In this document: positions 23,228-36,390 of the stretch, piece after piece | Layout of the letters: the number at the start of each line of letters is the position of its first letter | Numbering within the stretch: the first letter of the stretch is position 1 | From: Raillietiella orientalis | Taxonomy: Eukaryota | NCBI GenBank assembly: GCA_036172245.1 | Contig: JAYWIR010000007.1 | Location: 1,054,001 to 1,118,000 of the forward strand | Reading direction: 5' to 3' | Length of the DNA stretch: 64,000 nt | Program-made: the position numbers and the translations under genes | Notes under the pieces: model-generated | Database searches by the model: none | What the model saw: only the letters and a program-made list of their open reading frames with translations | What the model was told of the DNA's origin: nothing

Positions 23228-24892
23228 CGTCGTCGTCGTCTTCTTCTTCCTCCTCCTCCTTCGCAGCTGCAGCCGCCACCACCGTTAAGCCCCACCCGAC
23301 CGCGGTCAGATGGGAAGCGGAAAGCTCTGCTGCTGCCGCCAAGCGCGAGCGTTCCACCCTCCGGGCAGCGGCAAGACCCCCCCGAAAAGGAGTCTCCTTG
23401 TCCCTCCCACTCACCCATCCTTCCTGCCAGCGGTCCGAATGCGTGGCCGGAAGAAGGGAGGGAGCCTGGCTGATGTTGCTCTTCCTCGTGCAGCGGAAGT
23501 CTCCTCTCCGGCCGTTCCTTCCCCCCTCCCTTTTCCTGCCCTTCTCCAGGGAGGATGGTCTTCGGGGGGGAGGAGAGAAGGTCGGAATCACGAGCAAAGG
23601 GCCGCCACTGGCGTGTCCCACCCCTTGGTACCTCCGTCTCAGGAGAACTTCGCTTGAGATGCTCGTCCTGATCCGGGGAGAGGGAAGCGGAGCCAAGGGA
23701 TGGCACAGGAAGGGCTCAGGGAGAAATGGAAATTCCGCACACGCCGCTTCACGAAGAGCCCAGAAGTAGGGACAGCGGATGGGAGGCTCCCAGGACCAAC
23801 GTCGCGGGGATGGCGAGGGGGGGGGGGATAGGTCGCTCGGGGTGCGACCCATTCGCTGGTCTCCCAAACTCCTCGGGGGACGTCCGCTCCTTGGAGGTCC
23901 CTTTTTTCTGGGGAGAGGGAAGGAAGGGGGTACGGGTCCAATGTCCCTTTTCCCTTCTGGGCCTTGGCAGGAAATTCGGGACCTTCCCGCCCTCACCTAG
24001 CATCTCGGGCAGAGTGGTCACTGGGCCCTCATTCCCTTTTTCGCCTGTCCGCGCCCCTTCCAGACTCGAGACGGCCAATCCTCTCAGCTGGAAGAAGGGG
24101 GTCGCGCGCCTCCGAGTGGGAGACTGGGGAAGAGGGAGGGCTTGCGGAGACTTGAGGGTGGCACTTACGGGTGGGGAGGCAGCTTCTGGCGGGGAACCGG
24201 GGCTGACTGACCTACGCGCCACCGAAACCCTTCCCAAAGATCGTTCGGAAGGGAGGGAGCGGCTTGAAGGAAAAGCCACCGCATCGCCTTTCCCCCTGAG
24301 GCCAACGCGGCCGAGTTGCATCCGCAACGCGAGATAGCGCTCTCCGCTTTCGTGGGATCTGCTCCTCGGTCAGCCGTCCGGAATCCGCTCGCAGGTCTCC
24401 CCCCCTTGCCGCCATTTGTGAGGTCGGAGGTCTCCCTTGGTCGGCCCAAAACCGCCCCCGTCTCCTCCCCTTTCCGAGTCCCGCCCGCTGGATCGAACTA
24501 CGCCGTCGCCGCTCGCCGCCGCCTCGGGAGCTGCCGTCCATTCGTAGGGTGGCGAGGTGCATCGAGAGGCCACAGGGGAGGAGCGCGGCCGTGGTGGCAT
24601 GCGGTAAAGGAAGATGCACACCTTCTGCTTGCCCGACGGCTCCAGCGGAACCGAACCGAGGACTTACTTGAAGGAAAAGTTGAGAAGCTGCACGCGGTAC
24701 CCTCCCTTCCTTTCCCGGAGATGGAAGAGGCCGAGGCCCCTCCGAGATGAAGGCGCTCCGCGTTCCTGAAGTGCTCTGTCTCGATGACGGTTGCTGTCGA
24801 GGTGGGAGAGGCGGCAGGGTGCTGTGGAAGAGGGAGCCGACAAAGGGAGGCAGAAGCCATGACAACGGCAGGCTGCACGACAGCCAGATGGG

Positions 24893-24895
<3 letters not shown>

Positions 24896-24924
<29 letters not shown>
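24896..24924. repeat. (GA)n microsatellite
   Basis: About 14 AG units. Confidence 0.95.
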
Positions 24925-24927
<3 letters not shown>

Positions 24928-25326
24928 TGTTTTCTGCATGGGAAGCGACCGGCAGCACAAGGGCGCGCCAGACGGTGGTTGCGTCTCTCCCCGGTGGGAA
25001 TCCTTCGAGATCCTCCGACATCGTTCTGCCAGGTCCCCACCTAGGAAGAGCGCGTCCGACTCCTTGCAGGGGGTGGGAGGAAGACCCGACACCCTTCTTT
25101 TTGGACGTACACCAGCGGGGGGAAGAACTTCTGCAGGCTGGAGGAAACGGGGCGGAGGAAGGAGGGCGAGGTATTCTTCCCGCAGGTTTGCCGTGGCACC
25201 CATTTCGCGCTGCAGCAGCTGATCGCTCCCGGAAACCTTTTCCTCTTCCCGCGCGCGTGAGGAGGGATGCCGACAGATTCTTTTTCTTTTTTGTCTTGTT
25301 CTTCCGAGGAGTCGCTGCTCTGCTCC

Positions 25327-25980
25327 GTCACGTGACAGAGACGCGCCACGCAGAGAACGTTTACGCTCACCGTCATCCGGACGCGCTGATTGCCATCCGA
25401 GTTAATTGCGGTGCCGGGGAACCCAGGCGGTTCATCTGCATTTGTGTTTTGGGAAGGGCGCGGTGGCTTTAAAGACATCCAGGAAGGAGTAGCGGTTCGC
25501 GCCCCGATTGGTACGCAGTGCGATTACAAGAAAGGTGAAGCAAATCAGAAGAGCAGAGTCGTTTCGGCTCGTTGTTTCCTGGCTTCAGGTGGGAGACACC
25601 GAGGGGTAAAAGAGGGAGGGGGGGGGGAGGGGAATAAAAATTTTCCAGGATCCGAAAGCGAATGCGCGCGCGCACGATCGGAATTTCGTGCGAAAAATTC
25701 CCGGTGCCCTCATCCCAGTAATCTCCAAGCTTTCGTCCTCGGAAGTTTACCTTCCACCACCAAGAAAGGAATCCAACCGTCAAGGCCACGCTGACAATGA
25801 GAATCCGAAGATAAGTTCGTGATTTTCGGTTCCATGCTGCAGATTTCGGAAGCGAGCAGATTCTGGTACTCCTTTTTTCCTTGTTGCTTACCATATGCAG
25901 TAGGGGAGGGGGAGGGGGAAGAGAGGGGGAGGGAGCGAATCCCTCGACTCGAGGAATAGCCTCACGCGCATGCGCGCGCG
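25327..25980. promoter_or_regulatory. Extended E-box, CCAAT-like and NRF1 sites at the right edge of the GC domain
   Basis: GTCACGTGAC 25327-25336; GATTGG near 25506; CGCGCATGCGCG 25965-25976; G-run clusters at 25614-25633 and 25903-25933. Confidence 0.45.
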
Positions 25981-28900
25981 GTTCGCTCCTGAATTCGCTC
26001 CAAGGAAAGAAAAAAAAAAAAATCCTCGTCTAAATTGTGGCGGTGGCGTTCGCTATTTAGAACCACCCCCACCCCTCCCCTCCCGCCTTGTGATTTGATG
26101 TATTTTTGGACGAATCGTGATGCAGCTTTTGCTCTTCCTAATCAGTCAATCATCGGAATGCTCGCACTTCATCAAGTACTGTTCGAACTCGTGCAGGCAC
26201 TGTGGCTAAAAAGTCTACCAGACACTCCGTGTTATCCCGGTTTCATGCTCCCGCTTTAACTAGTCTGCGACGATTTTATGCGCTGGTATACTGTGATCCG
26301 AATCAGTGTGCCGCCAGTATTCCATGCTGCGCTGGCGAACGAAGTCCGAGGGAACAAATCGCACAAAACGGAAGAACATCTTTGGAGGATGAGATGTTTT
26401 CGATACCGATTCGGAGGAAGTGTGTAATCAGGAGCGAGACAAATCACTTCCACCTGAACTGAAACTTACTACTACATTGGCAGCTGGATCCCTTCTCCCA
26501 CGATACATTGTTATGTAAATGAAACAGATTGTGGGCATGCTAGAGATTGTGGCATGCTGTGTAGGTGGGGAAAATGAAAAATGCACGAAAGTTGGGCATC
26601 GCAGAAACATCGAGATGAGTGAGGGAATCAGAAAAGAAATCACACATAATCGTCTCCTCTTGGAATCAAAACCTCAGGTGCAAACCTTCTCGGTTATTAC
26701 CTTCTATAATTCTAGAGGTCTGAGTGAAACCCGGAGACCTTTATGTGCTGTTTCTATTGTTTATCTACAAATATCTTCTGGGCTCGTAGATTAAGCTTAA
26801 TTCTGAACATTCGCTGTTTTCGCTTACTGTTTTCTAGCTAGGATAGCTGGACACAGTGCGGCCAGTTTTTAGCATCAGCTTTGGTTGCTTTGGCTACACA
26901 ATATTTGGTCATTCTATTAACGAGTGAAAATAGAGTAGATTAAGATATTCAGCATTACTAATTTGGATTTCCCATTCTTATCAAATAATCAAAGTGTTTT
27001 ATTGGGTATTCGAAGATTCCACTGTAGTTCAGGATCAGTTTTGAGAAAAGCTTTTTTCACACTCTTTTATTGCTATTGTTATTACTGAAACGGAAAACGA
27101 ACTTTCTTCTCACGAAATTGAGACACGAACTTTTCCTTCCAAATTAAAGATCAACGATTCAATTCTTCTTCAAATATTTCACCATAGCATGGTCTTCAAA
27201 ACGATCACGCATTCTTTTTACTATTATTATTTATTACTAATCCGTTTCCGTTTTCCACGAATGACCGAGAGATACAAAATGTTTCCAGCACATTACTTGC
27301 TCGCTTTCAAAATAGAAAAAATTTCTGAATTTCATTTTACCTGGTTTGCTGGATTTTTTTTCCTTTTTAGATAATTTCATCTACTTATTTCCAATTTCGT
27401 CGTCGAGATTAACTATTGGTAGAACTGTTGTCTTTCAATGATTTGATTTCCGTTTGCGTAACAATGTCTCATACTTTGTTTGCCATACTGTTTCCAGCAA
27501 CGCAAAGTCGGCTTTCGTGCCTGTGACTTAGGTTGTGTAGATGTGAGTCTCCACGAAAATACTCTGCAAAAACGATTCAAATGATCATGATGGTATAATA
27601 ATGTATCAGCACTTGATTTCTTTTCACCACATTTTCTTTTGTTTACTCAATGTTTGAAATTTTGCATGTGATTTCGTCATATTTGTTGCCAGAATCAACT
27701 CTTTGAAAATTAGTATCCGAGGATATGTGTGCCAAAAGGTTCAAGTACAGTAGTAAAATACAACAAAAAATCATGTATATTTGTTACAAGTCAATCCTTA
27801 ATTTTTGCATCTACGTTAAATGAGAAGTAAGTAAGTTGCAAGGCACGATAAGCTCATGGTTTACTATTTTTTATGTCTAGTTATTTTTCAAATCTAGCAA
27901 GCGTTAAACGATTTGATGTACGGTTTTGCAAGAGCATTTTTTTTTTTTTTGTTTCCTCCTGTTGACTTTCGAATCGTATCACGAATACATCTCACTGTTC
28001 ACACATATATATCATCTTACATGTATCTACGTGTATTTTCAGGTTTAAGAAATTGACATTACTGAATATCGTAATGTGATTCTGTGATAAAGTTATCCTT
28101 GCTGACATACGTGTATCATGCATAAACATGGATGTGATCTTACTCCCTCCGGTTATATGTTTGTAAACGATTTCCGAAACTGTAATGCAATGCTTTTGAA
28201 ACTGTGATGGACAAATTTGTGCAGTTTTTTATGCATCGGTAACTCATACGAAGGGTTTGTACAGCATTGCTGAAATGTTGGTCAGAAAAACACCTGGAAT
28301 TAACTCCAAAAATTTTTCCGCAAAATGTGCACAGATGTGCGTAGGACATGCAGTACGATTGGTGTTAAGGTATTCATTCACTCACTGCATACCTTAAACA
28401 GGTCGTTTAAAGAGTTTTACATGTGAACAGATGCTAAAGTATCCTTGAGGCTAGCCGAAAAAATAGGTAAGCTTTTAGAATGCATTAATGTATGAACGTC
28501 CGTCTGTCATCGTTTTCTTGGCTTTTGTGTATTTTGAGGACCAATTTTTATTGGATTCCACGATTCATAGAAATGAGCATGAGTGCGCATGGATGGATAT
28601 AGATTTTAATGATTAATCCATGATCCTTTATCCTATAAATTTTTGAAAATGCGCGTGACTTTGAGAAAAAAAAGTCGTTCTTGCCGCCATGCCTCTTGTA
28701 GATAAAATTTTTTAGGAAACAGTTTCAAGCAGAGGAAACTAATGCAAGGTCCACCTCCTTGCTGCTGGATGCAAGTCTCCAGAATCTTGAGGCGATTTGG
28801 GAACCGCGTTCCGAGAATTCGGAGAAGCAGTTGGGTTTTCGTCTGGACCATTCTGGCCGTAGCGCCGTAATCTGTGTGGGAAATAAAAGATGGAAATTCA

Positions 28901-31900
28901 AATGCCGGAATTTGAGCACAGGACTCTAAAACACAAGGAAAAAGGAAAAAGAAGAAGGAAAACAAGAGAGCGAGAACTTGATCTCTTCCGAGCATGCGCT
29001 TTCCCCAGTGCTGTGAAGAACAAAACGAAGTGTAAGAATGGTGAGATGCACGCAACACGAGACCTAAGGAACGAAAAGGATGAAGCAAATTTTTTTAGTG
29101 AGAGGAAATCCAGATCAGAGCAAGATTTAAATATTTCACGCACGAGAAGGTTCTCCCTTTTGAGCAAGCCGGAGGAGGCATTCGGTATTTAAAGTATCTG
29201 TGAGGATTTCACCAGACGGCAAAAGGAAAAATAGGAAGCCTCTCGAAAGAGTGAGGTTCCACACATATTCTTCTCGATCCTGTGTAGGGCAGACGAAAGC
29301 CCAGGAGTGTCAGTGAGATGTTTGCAATCTGTTTACAGATTTAGAATGCTTGTAGGTTTCATTTTGTTTGCTGACTCTCTTCATCCGATTTGCTCTGAAG
29401 TTATTTTTAGAACCCTCGTGGATGATGAAATGTTGAGAGTTGGTCAGAAATCCAGGTGGACCGGAAATTTTATTCAAAACTAAAATGGAATGATTCTTCA
29501 GGTGACGAAAAATTGATATTACCATGACAACGGTTATCAAACTGGATAACTCAAAACGGAAGATGCGGAGGTGAAGCACATCTGTGAAAGCAGTTCTGCG
29601 CAGCATCATTTGTTTGTTTCAGGGATTCGGGATTTCTTTATCAGTACTGATTCATAGCGTAGAGTGAATTCCTTTTAATGGTTCATTTCTTTTGTTGGCC
29701 AGTGTGTATAATGTGATTGCTGTCTAGTATCGATATGTATAGCACGAATGCTATGGTATTATCCATGCCTATTTGATACTGGGGAATAGTGAAATGTAGA
29801 ATATTTGTACATGTTGGTAGAAAATTCTTCAAAACATAACGAACAGTCAGCTTACGTAACTAGGGAAACAGCGCGCGTTGTCATAGTGCATTCGCTGTTT
29901 TTTTTTTTTAATTTTGTTTTTTAGCATTTCTGTAGCATTTTCTCTTGTTTATGTCATCTGTGAGGGAATCTGTGAATGCTTACCACTATATCCAATTGGA
30001 GATGGAGTGCTCAGTAAAAGTTTCATAACATCCAGAATTTTCGTTGCTCCTAGTAATTTCGCATGTGATATTTTTTGTATTGGGAACACGTAAGGAATCA
30101 TCTACCTTCGTGAACTTTAAAAGTGTTTTTTTTTTTTTTTTTTTCGATTTTGGCAATTATGGTTTTTTCGAATCTTTAAGCACTTGAGATTATGAAATCT
30201 CAGAAACACTATGAAACTTCATTCGGTGAATTGATAAAAATCTATTTCAATCTGGCTTAAATTCCGTTGCAGCTATCGGAAATTTTAGGTGGACTTATCT
30301 TTGTGTTTAAATACACGACCAGTACTGTTTTTGGAAATCATCACTCATTTGTAATTGATCATAATCCTTTAGAATCCAGCGCATCTGCTGTTTAAGGAGT
30401 ACGGGCATTCAGACCCGGTCCCGAAGTTGTTCAGTTTCCCGAAACAGTTCATTCTTTGCTGCAACAAAAACGGGACAGAGCAAGGAATAGCGAGAGTCGA
30501 AAGCCATTGTGTTTAGGAAACATCCGAACAACACTGGCTCTTTATCGGATACCACTTAATCTTGTAATTCATCAGCCTTTATGGCTTCTCTGCAGAGAAA
30601 AGGCACGAATTCCACGTCAGTCAGTTCGCCCATTTTCGAAATTCCATGACGTATAAATTAATCGCAAAGTAGAACAAGATTGAGCGAAGATTTCACGCAT
30701 ATACAAAGTCATGGAAGACATGGCAGAGTGACCATGATGTGTAATGTATAGAGTGATAATGGTCAAAACACTAGAGATGTGCATTGCTGAAAAACATTTA
30801 CGAGGAATCTATTGGAACATATGTGTGATTTATTTCCTACACATTTTTCTGTTGCTCGCGTTTCGCTCATAGAACAAAGCCACCATGAACGCTGTTTTGT
30901 GCTGGGCTTTTTTTTTTTTTTTTTTCTATTCAGCTACGAATGAATTTATGAATTCATCGGTAAGTTTTAGGCGCTACTAATTAGTGGCCATTCGGTTATT
31001 AGATGGACTTGATGTAGGTGGAAAAAAAAACATACACGAAATTCAAAACACAGACATTTGAAGTACGAATTAAAATTTATTAGCACTCGAGTCCCCAGAG
31101 GGGTTAGAGCCATTCAGAATTGAAGCCAGCTTGAAAAGGAAGAGTTGTGATCTTCAAACTTGATCCTCTGATGATTTTTATGAGAATTTCTGATGATTGC
31201 GAAACAAGCCACGTGTCAACTTCATTGTTTTTGTACTTTTTAGATTTCCATGCAGTTGTGTAATTATTTCCAAACACTTGAGATATCTGAAGATCTTGTC
31301 TACTTTTGAAAGTTTCGTTTCTTGTAAAATGTTGGCACGAGCTATCGACAAGAAATGATAATTGAGTTGCTTTTAACTTTAATATGTCAGATTTCTTCAA
31401 GGTGATTTGGGTCACGTACATATTTTCATGTTTCAGGTTCAGTAATATTGTTTTAAAGTATTCACACACGCAAGGATTGCACATATTTGATAAAATAGTA
31501 GAATTATTGAAATGCTTGTGCACGAGATGCTTCATAAACCATTTCTGAATTGCTGAAAATTTTTAGTAAGTGATCGTAATTCCCAAGTTCGGTTCTTCCT
31601 GCATCCCCTTCAGCTGTTTTTTCATTCTCTGAATAAGATAAAACTTTTCCACGGGAAATTTCAATTGTGGATCCTGCCGCGAGTAACAGGTTTACTCAAC
31701 ACTTTTTACATACCAAGGTCGGTGATTTCGAATGCTTATCTTCAACGGAATTTGCATTAAATTTGCTGGATTATTCCTTCAGATAGCAATTATTAGGTCA
31801 TTTCCGTATTCTGTTCCGTTTACATTCCTGTTTCGTTCCTTTAGTACGCACCTCAAGATGTATTTAACCTTACCAAACTTATAAAGAACTTTAGGAAATG

Positions 31901-34900
31901 ACTGTCCTCGTCTTTAATTTGGCGCTTATCTGAATTTCTAATTTCTTATCATTTGAATATGTTTCGCTAGATTTTCCAGAATCACTCAGAATTTATGGTC
32001 TATATGGTCTATACACTGAAGTGAAATTGAAGTGCTTACCTCGAGCTTTGCTGATTTTAAACATCCATTTCATAATCGAAATCACTAAATCTCTATTGAT
32101 TGTCCATCCATCCTCTTCCCCCCTTCCCCCCCCCCCCCCAGATGGCTTTGTGCTTTTCATAAAACAAAATATGTGGAAGCTCCAATTTCAAAAATTGCAT
32201 TTATATCTTTGTTACATGATTATCATGTGGAAAGTCATCAAATGTCCACACTGAGTATCATGACATCCGTACTTGCTGGCCAATAACACGCGTTAGTGTT
32301 AAAATCCACCTCAGTAGACAAACTGTTTTTGGTAAGACATCAATTGAAGCATATGGTTGATGAATTCTTTCATTTATTCGCTCTCATGTAATGATAAAAT
32401 AAAGCCATGCGACTTTCTTTTCATATTTACATCCCGCCTTCTAAGAGAAAACGGGTAAAGGATATGTTGTTGTTGTCTTTCTGTCCTGAACGGCAAGGCT
32501 CCTGGTGTCATTTCCATTGTCATGTACACAGTCCTTCTTGTATCTTGCATCTGGCTTGGGGTTTGCACGTAACTTTGTCATGCATGATAGTGTACGGTGA
32601 TTGTGGTATCATGGAACGGAAAGATCCGATTTGTTGAATTCAGGAAAAAACAAAAGTGTACTGTTTCAAGAAGAGTATCATATCGAAAAACTGCTGTCTT
32701 ATATATACAAGTGTTCTAGTGGATTCTATTCCATTCCACTGTTGGTTCTTTTTTACTTTTTAAAAAGAGAGATCCTCTGACTCCCCGCACAGACAAGGAT
32801 GAGCCTGGATTCAGCGGTCAATTGCTGCTATGATTTTTGAATTTTAATGATTACATTTGCATTTTCTTAAGGATACGAAATGGAAAACAAATTAGTATTC
32901 AGCACAACAGTAATGATTCTGAATAACTGTTTTACCAAAAAATAATTTTCTTTTTGGTTTTTGTTTTTCGCATCCACAGCCCCAAACTAGGGAAGTAAGA
33001 CTGACTGAATTCTCATTTTCCTGACTCTGTGATTATCGCATGATGGTTGGATTGTGTTAATGACTGGATAGAACATGGCACTTTTGCTTTATTGAGCACA
33101 GTAGAATTTGTATGATTCGCTTTGTATTTTGTGAATTGTGTGCTTGCTTAATGATAGTTTTCTTCTTTCTTTTTTCCAAACAGATCTCGGAATTACAACA
33201 GTCTTTGATTTCAAGCCAAGGCGTGCCCTTCTGTTATGCTGGGAAAACACCCATACAAGTTTTTCTTCAGCAAATAGTCTAAATCTATAAATCTGAACGG
33301 CAAAGTAATAAATGTGCTGATAAAACAAATTTTGCAGACAAATTTTGACATTTTGTGCAATCAGGTTTCATTCAAAATGTACATTACATCCCGCACATAG
33401 TTACAATTGTAATTTATGAGCTTGAAATAAATGGAATTTGGATTAAATGTATAAATCGCGCTTGACTAACGCTTGCATAAGTGAACATTGAATTCGTTAA
33501 AGATGCCTACGTCATCATGGAGCATTTTGTTTTGTTTTGTTGTGTTTTTGTTTTTCTAAGTTCACGTGAAGGAATCATCATAGGATGTGTTTCCCGAGTT
33601 TCTTTAGAGGCTGCCATAATATGCAAACTGTTGCTTAGTTTGCTTTGCATAGAGTTAACAGGGGAAAAGGTGCAAACGATGCATAGCTTCAGGCAATTCC
33701 CAACTATCTTTTGTGATCTCATTTATATGTTGGCACAAAAATTCAAATAGCCACTGGATATTTCGTTGGGTTTTTATAAAATTACATGCAACATGAATTG
33801 ATCCATTGGATTTTATGCATGTTCTGCATACCGGAGAGGAACGTAATTTTGAATAAGTGTTTGAGATTATCTTATTTAGTTTTATTAGGATTCAACATAA
33901 TCTTTTCGTTGCAGATAAGAAACTATCTTGTGATTGAAAGCGATCAGATCATTTTCCAAGATTAAACAGCAAATCCTTTCGAGAAAGACGTTTGGCAGCT
34001 TACACAAGACCGTAAGACAGACCTAACGAAAAGAAAGTAACGGTTTTCAAGTAACAACCCAACTCTGATTTTCACAAGTTTTTAAAAAAAAAAATCACAT
34101 TTCTTTGTTTACAAGCAATTTCATTTTTTGGCTTTCACGTGTAATTTCAACCCAATTCGTTTCAGTTTTTTGTGTTTTTTCTGTGGTTCTTATGTAATCT
34201 GTTGCAAGTTATTTCTTTGTTTCTCATTAGTTTTTGGTCTCAGAAGTTTCGCTTTTCTCATTTGTTATTAAAGAGACACCTTACAGTATAGATTATTTCT
34301 ACTTCTTAGGCTTCCTAATAGAGTTTGTTTGTTTGTATTCATAGACGTACACGGAATACCCGATATTTCTGCCAACACTACACATTAACTGTTACCAATC
34401 AGTACTTTTCTTGTCTCCTTGAATTTCGGAAGCAAGCTGGTACTTTGTTTTGCGGAGAATTTAAGAGGGTTCTATTCAACAGTTTACTTGAGTATTTTCT
34501 TTATCTTCTTGCTGCTGCCCGTTTGTCTTGCTAACATGTACTATAGTTTCCTTGGGATGAAATATCGTTTGGTTATTCAAGCATATCTTCAGGTATTTGA
34601 AATATAAATTTTAAAGAACTAGAGTTTAAACATTATCATTGTGCCTTCTTAAGCAATATATCATAATACGCTTCCAATAAACGTAATAGAGTTTTGGTTA
34701 CCTGCAGCACATTGGATTAGTCTCTTTGGTGTTTTCAGTTTTTTGCCATAGAAATTTCGAGAGACTTGATAATTTTCACATCCAATGACGTACCAAACCA
34801 TCTCTTTACCTTTGTAATGTATCTTAGGATGCTAGTTTGCGAAATTACCACAGGTCATGTTGTGTACATAGAGTTGCCTAAACTAGAATACGTGCGTATG

Positions 34901-36070
34901 TTCTTCTCTTTACCAAGGTTGCAGTAGACAAAGACACGCAAATTTCTTGTTGTTTACTGAAAACTTTGTGAAAATTGTGGCTTTGAAGTTTGTCTGTTTG
35001 TTTGTGTTTTTATTTCCAATGAGTGGACGTATATAATTTGATTTGTGTACAACTTTTAATAAGGTTCCTAACATTTCGGTGATGGAATCGTATTGAGTAC
35101 TACCTTTCAAAATTTTTCTCTGTGGAGCTCTTTGAGTCATAAATAAAACAGTCCTACTGTTTTCGTACAATGCCGTCTTTTTAAAATTTCATTTGCTGTA
35201 TCGTTCCAGTCTAACGTGCCCTTTCGTTTTAAAATCGGGAAAAAAAAAATCTTTGCCTGTATCGCATACAATTTCCTCTAACCATTGCTTTGCTTCTGTT
35301 CATTTTGAATGACAAGGCGTCCTCAAGTTTGAAAAACATAATATTTCTGATATTTTCATGCGTAGGTATCTTCCAGAAAGTGTGTGTCTCCTTGTAATTC
35401 AATACATTCAATTTTTGATTATGCTCGTTGTTTCAGATCAATTCTGTATTTTAATATCAAAATTTATGTTTTGTACTGTTTGCTACAGATAATTCTGTCT
35501 GCTCTTAAAAACATTCACACGATGCAGCAGCTGAACACAGGCTTTTTTTTTTTTGTTGTTGTTGTTGTGAAGGTCGTTGTTGATTTTATTTTTTCTGACC
35601 CCCGCACTGTCAAGTCGCATCGATCCACCGTTTGTGATCGGATAGGACAGAAGTTATTCGTTTGAAGGAACTTGCTCAGCTGGACCCAGATTATCGTTGT
35701 GAAGAGAGACTAATAATCATCATGACTTCTGACGACGGAATGTATGAATCTGTAGCATTACTTCGGCCTTTGTCTGTCTCATCATGCATCTCTCAAACCA
35801 AAGAGTTGGAATAGAAACGATCACATCCGAGTAAGTTCATCACTGTAGTTCTGAAACATATTTGGCTTTGTTTTACGAACTCCTTCGTAATCGAGAGCTA
35901 AAACTTTATGACAAACCTAACCACCTTGGAAAAAAATATGGTAATTTCATTGATTTGAAATGACCTCAATGCAAAATGGCAACGCTAGGTGAAACTTTTG
36001 GTTTGTTACTGCCTATGAACGAAATCATTAGCTTAGCTACTGTGCGTCTTCTCATTAAATATATGTATAC

Positions 36071-36390
36071 AAAAAAAAAAAAAACTCTTATAAGTGGGCG
36101 ACTGGTTGACATGACGTACGTAAAATTAAAGGATGTGGTGAAAAATCTCAATTATTTTTCATGCTCTCTTTGCACCAATGTAATGTACATTTTTTGATCT
36201 TCAGGGTGCTGAATCCAAAATAAATTCTTCCTAATGTGTATATATGAATGCATATATAATCCAAAAATGCACATTATATTTGGTGCAAAGAGAGCATGAA
36301 AAATAATTGAGATTTTTCACCACATCCTTTAATTTTACGTACGTTATGTCAACCAGTCGCCCACTTATAAGAGTTTTTTTTTTTTTTTTT
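36071..36390. mobile_element. Foldback / MITE-like long inverted repeat
   Basis: Arms 36085-36178 and 36280-36373 are 94-bp reverse complements with one mismatch. They extend outward with A14/T17 and inward ~20 bp imperfectly, leaving a ~60-nt spacer. The inverted repeat is certain; TE identity is inferred and there is no clear TSD. Confidence 0.6.

Larger units (their letters stand above)
6400..26100. promoter_or_regulatory. ~20-kb GC/CpG-rich domain (CpG-island-like, probable multi-promoter region)
   Basis: Hand counts of 60-nt lines: 35/60 GC at 7021, 40/60 at 9001, 49/60 at 13321 and 41/60 at 20941, versus 15/60 at 26941 and 16/60 at 40501. Dense CpG, (GCC)n/(GGC)n, (GC)n and G/C runs. 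The composition is directly seen; the promoter role is inferred from motifs. Boundaries are approximate. Confidence 0.7.

Noticed and set aside
11500..25500. rDNA or its GC-rich spacers
   Set aside because: No conserved 18S, 5.8S or 28S segments recognised and no subrepeat array
6778..25894. Long ORFs in the GC domain (e.g. 12124-13305, 12971-14215, 17375-18523, 17459-18505, 19297-20379, 20419-21519, 22809-23996) as genes
   Set aside because: They overlap in several frames on both strands, many lack an ATG start, translate homopolymers and microsatellites, and show no recognisable domain. This is expected from stop-codon scarcity at high GC.
6400..26100. GC domain as an endogenous virus, bacterial insert or contaminant
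   Set aside because: No gene-dense organisation or hallmark proteins, a gradual left edge, and the same poly(T)/(GA)n/(CA)n tracts as the flanks. A database search was not possible.
32980..33000. Microexon between CAG and GTAAGA (similar case at 40594-40612)
   Set aside because: Such AG...GT pairs are expected by chance in 38 kb of T-rich DNA and cannot be supported without RNA data
35680..35835. Internal exon LDPDYRCEERLIIIMTSDDGMYESV... before a GTAAGT donor
   Set aside because: In-frame TAG before the donor, weak acceptor and no recognisable product
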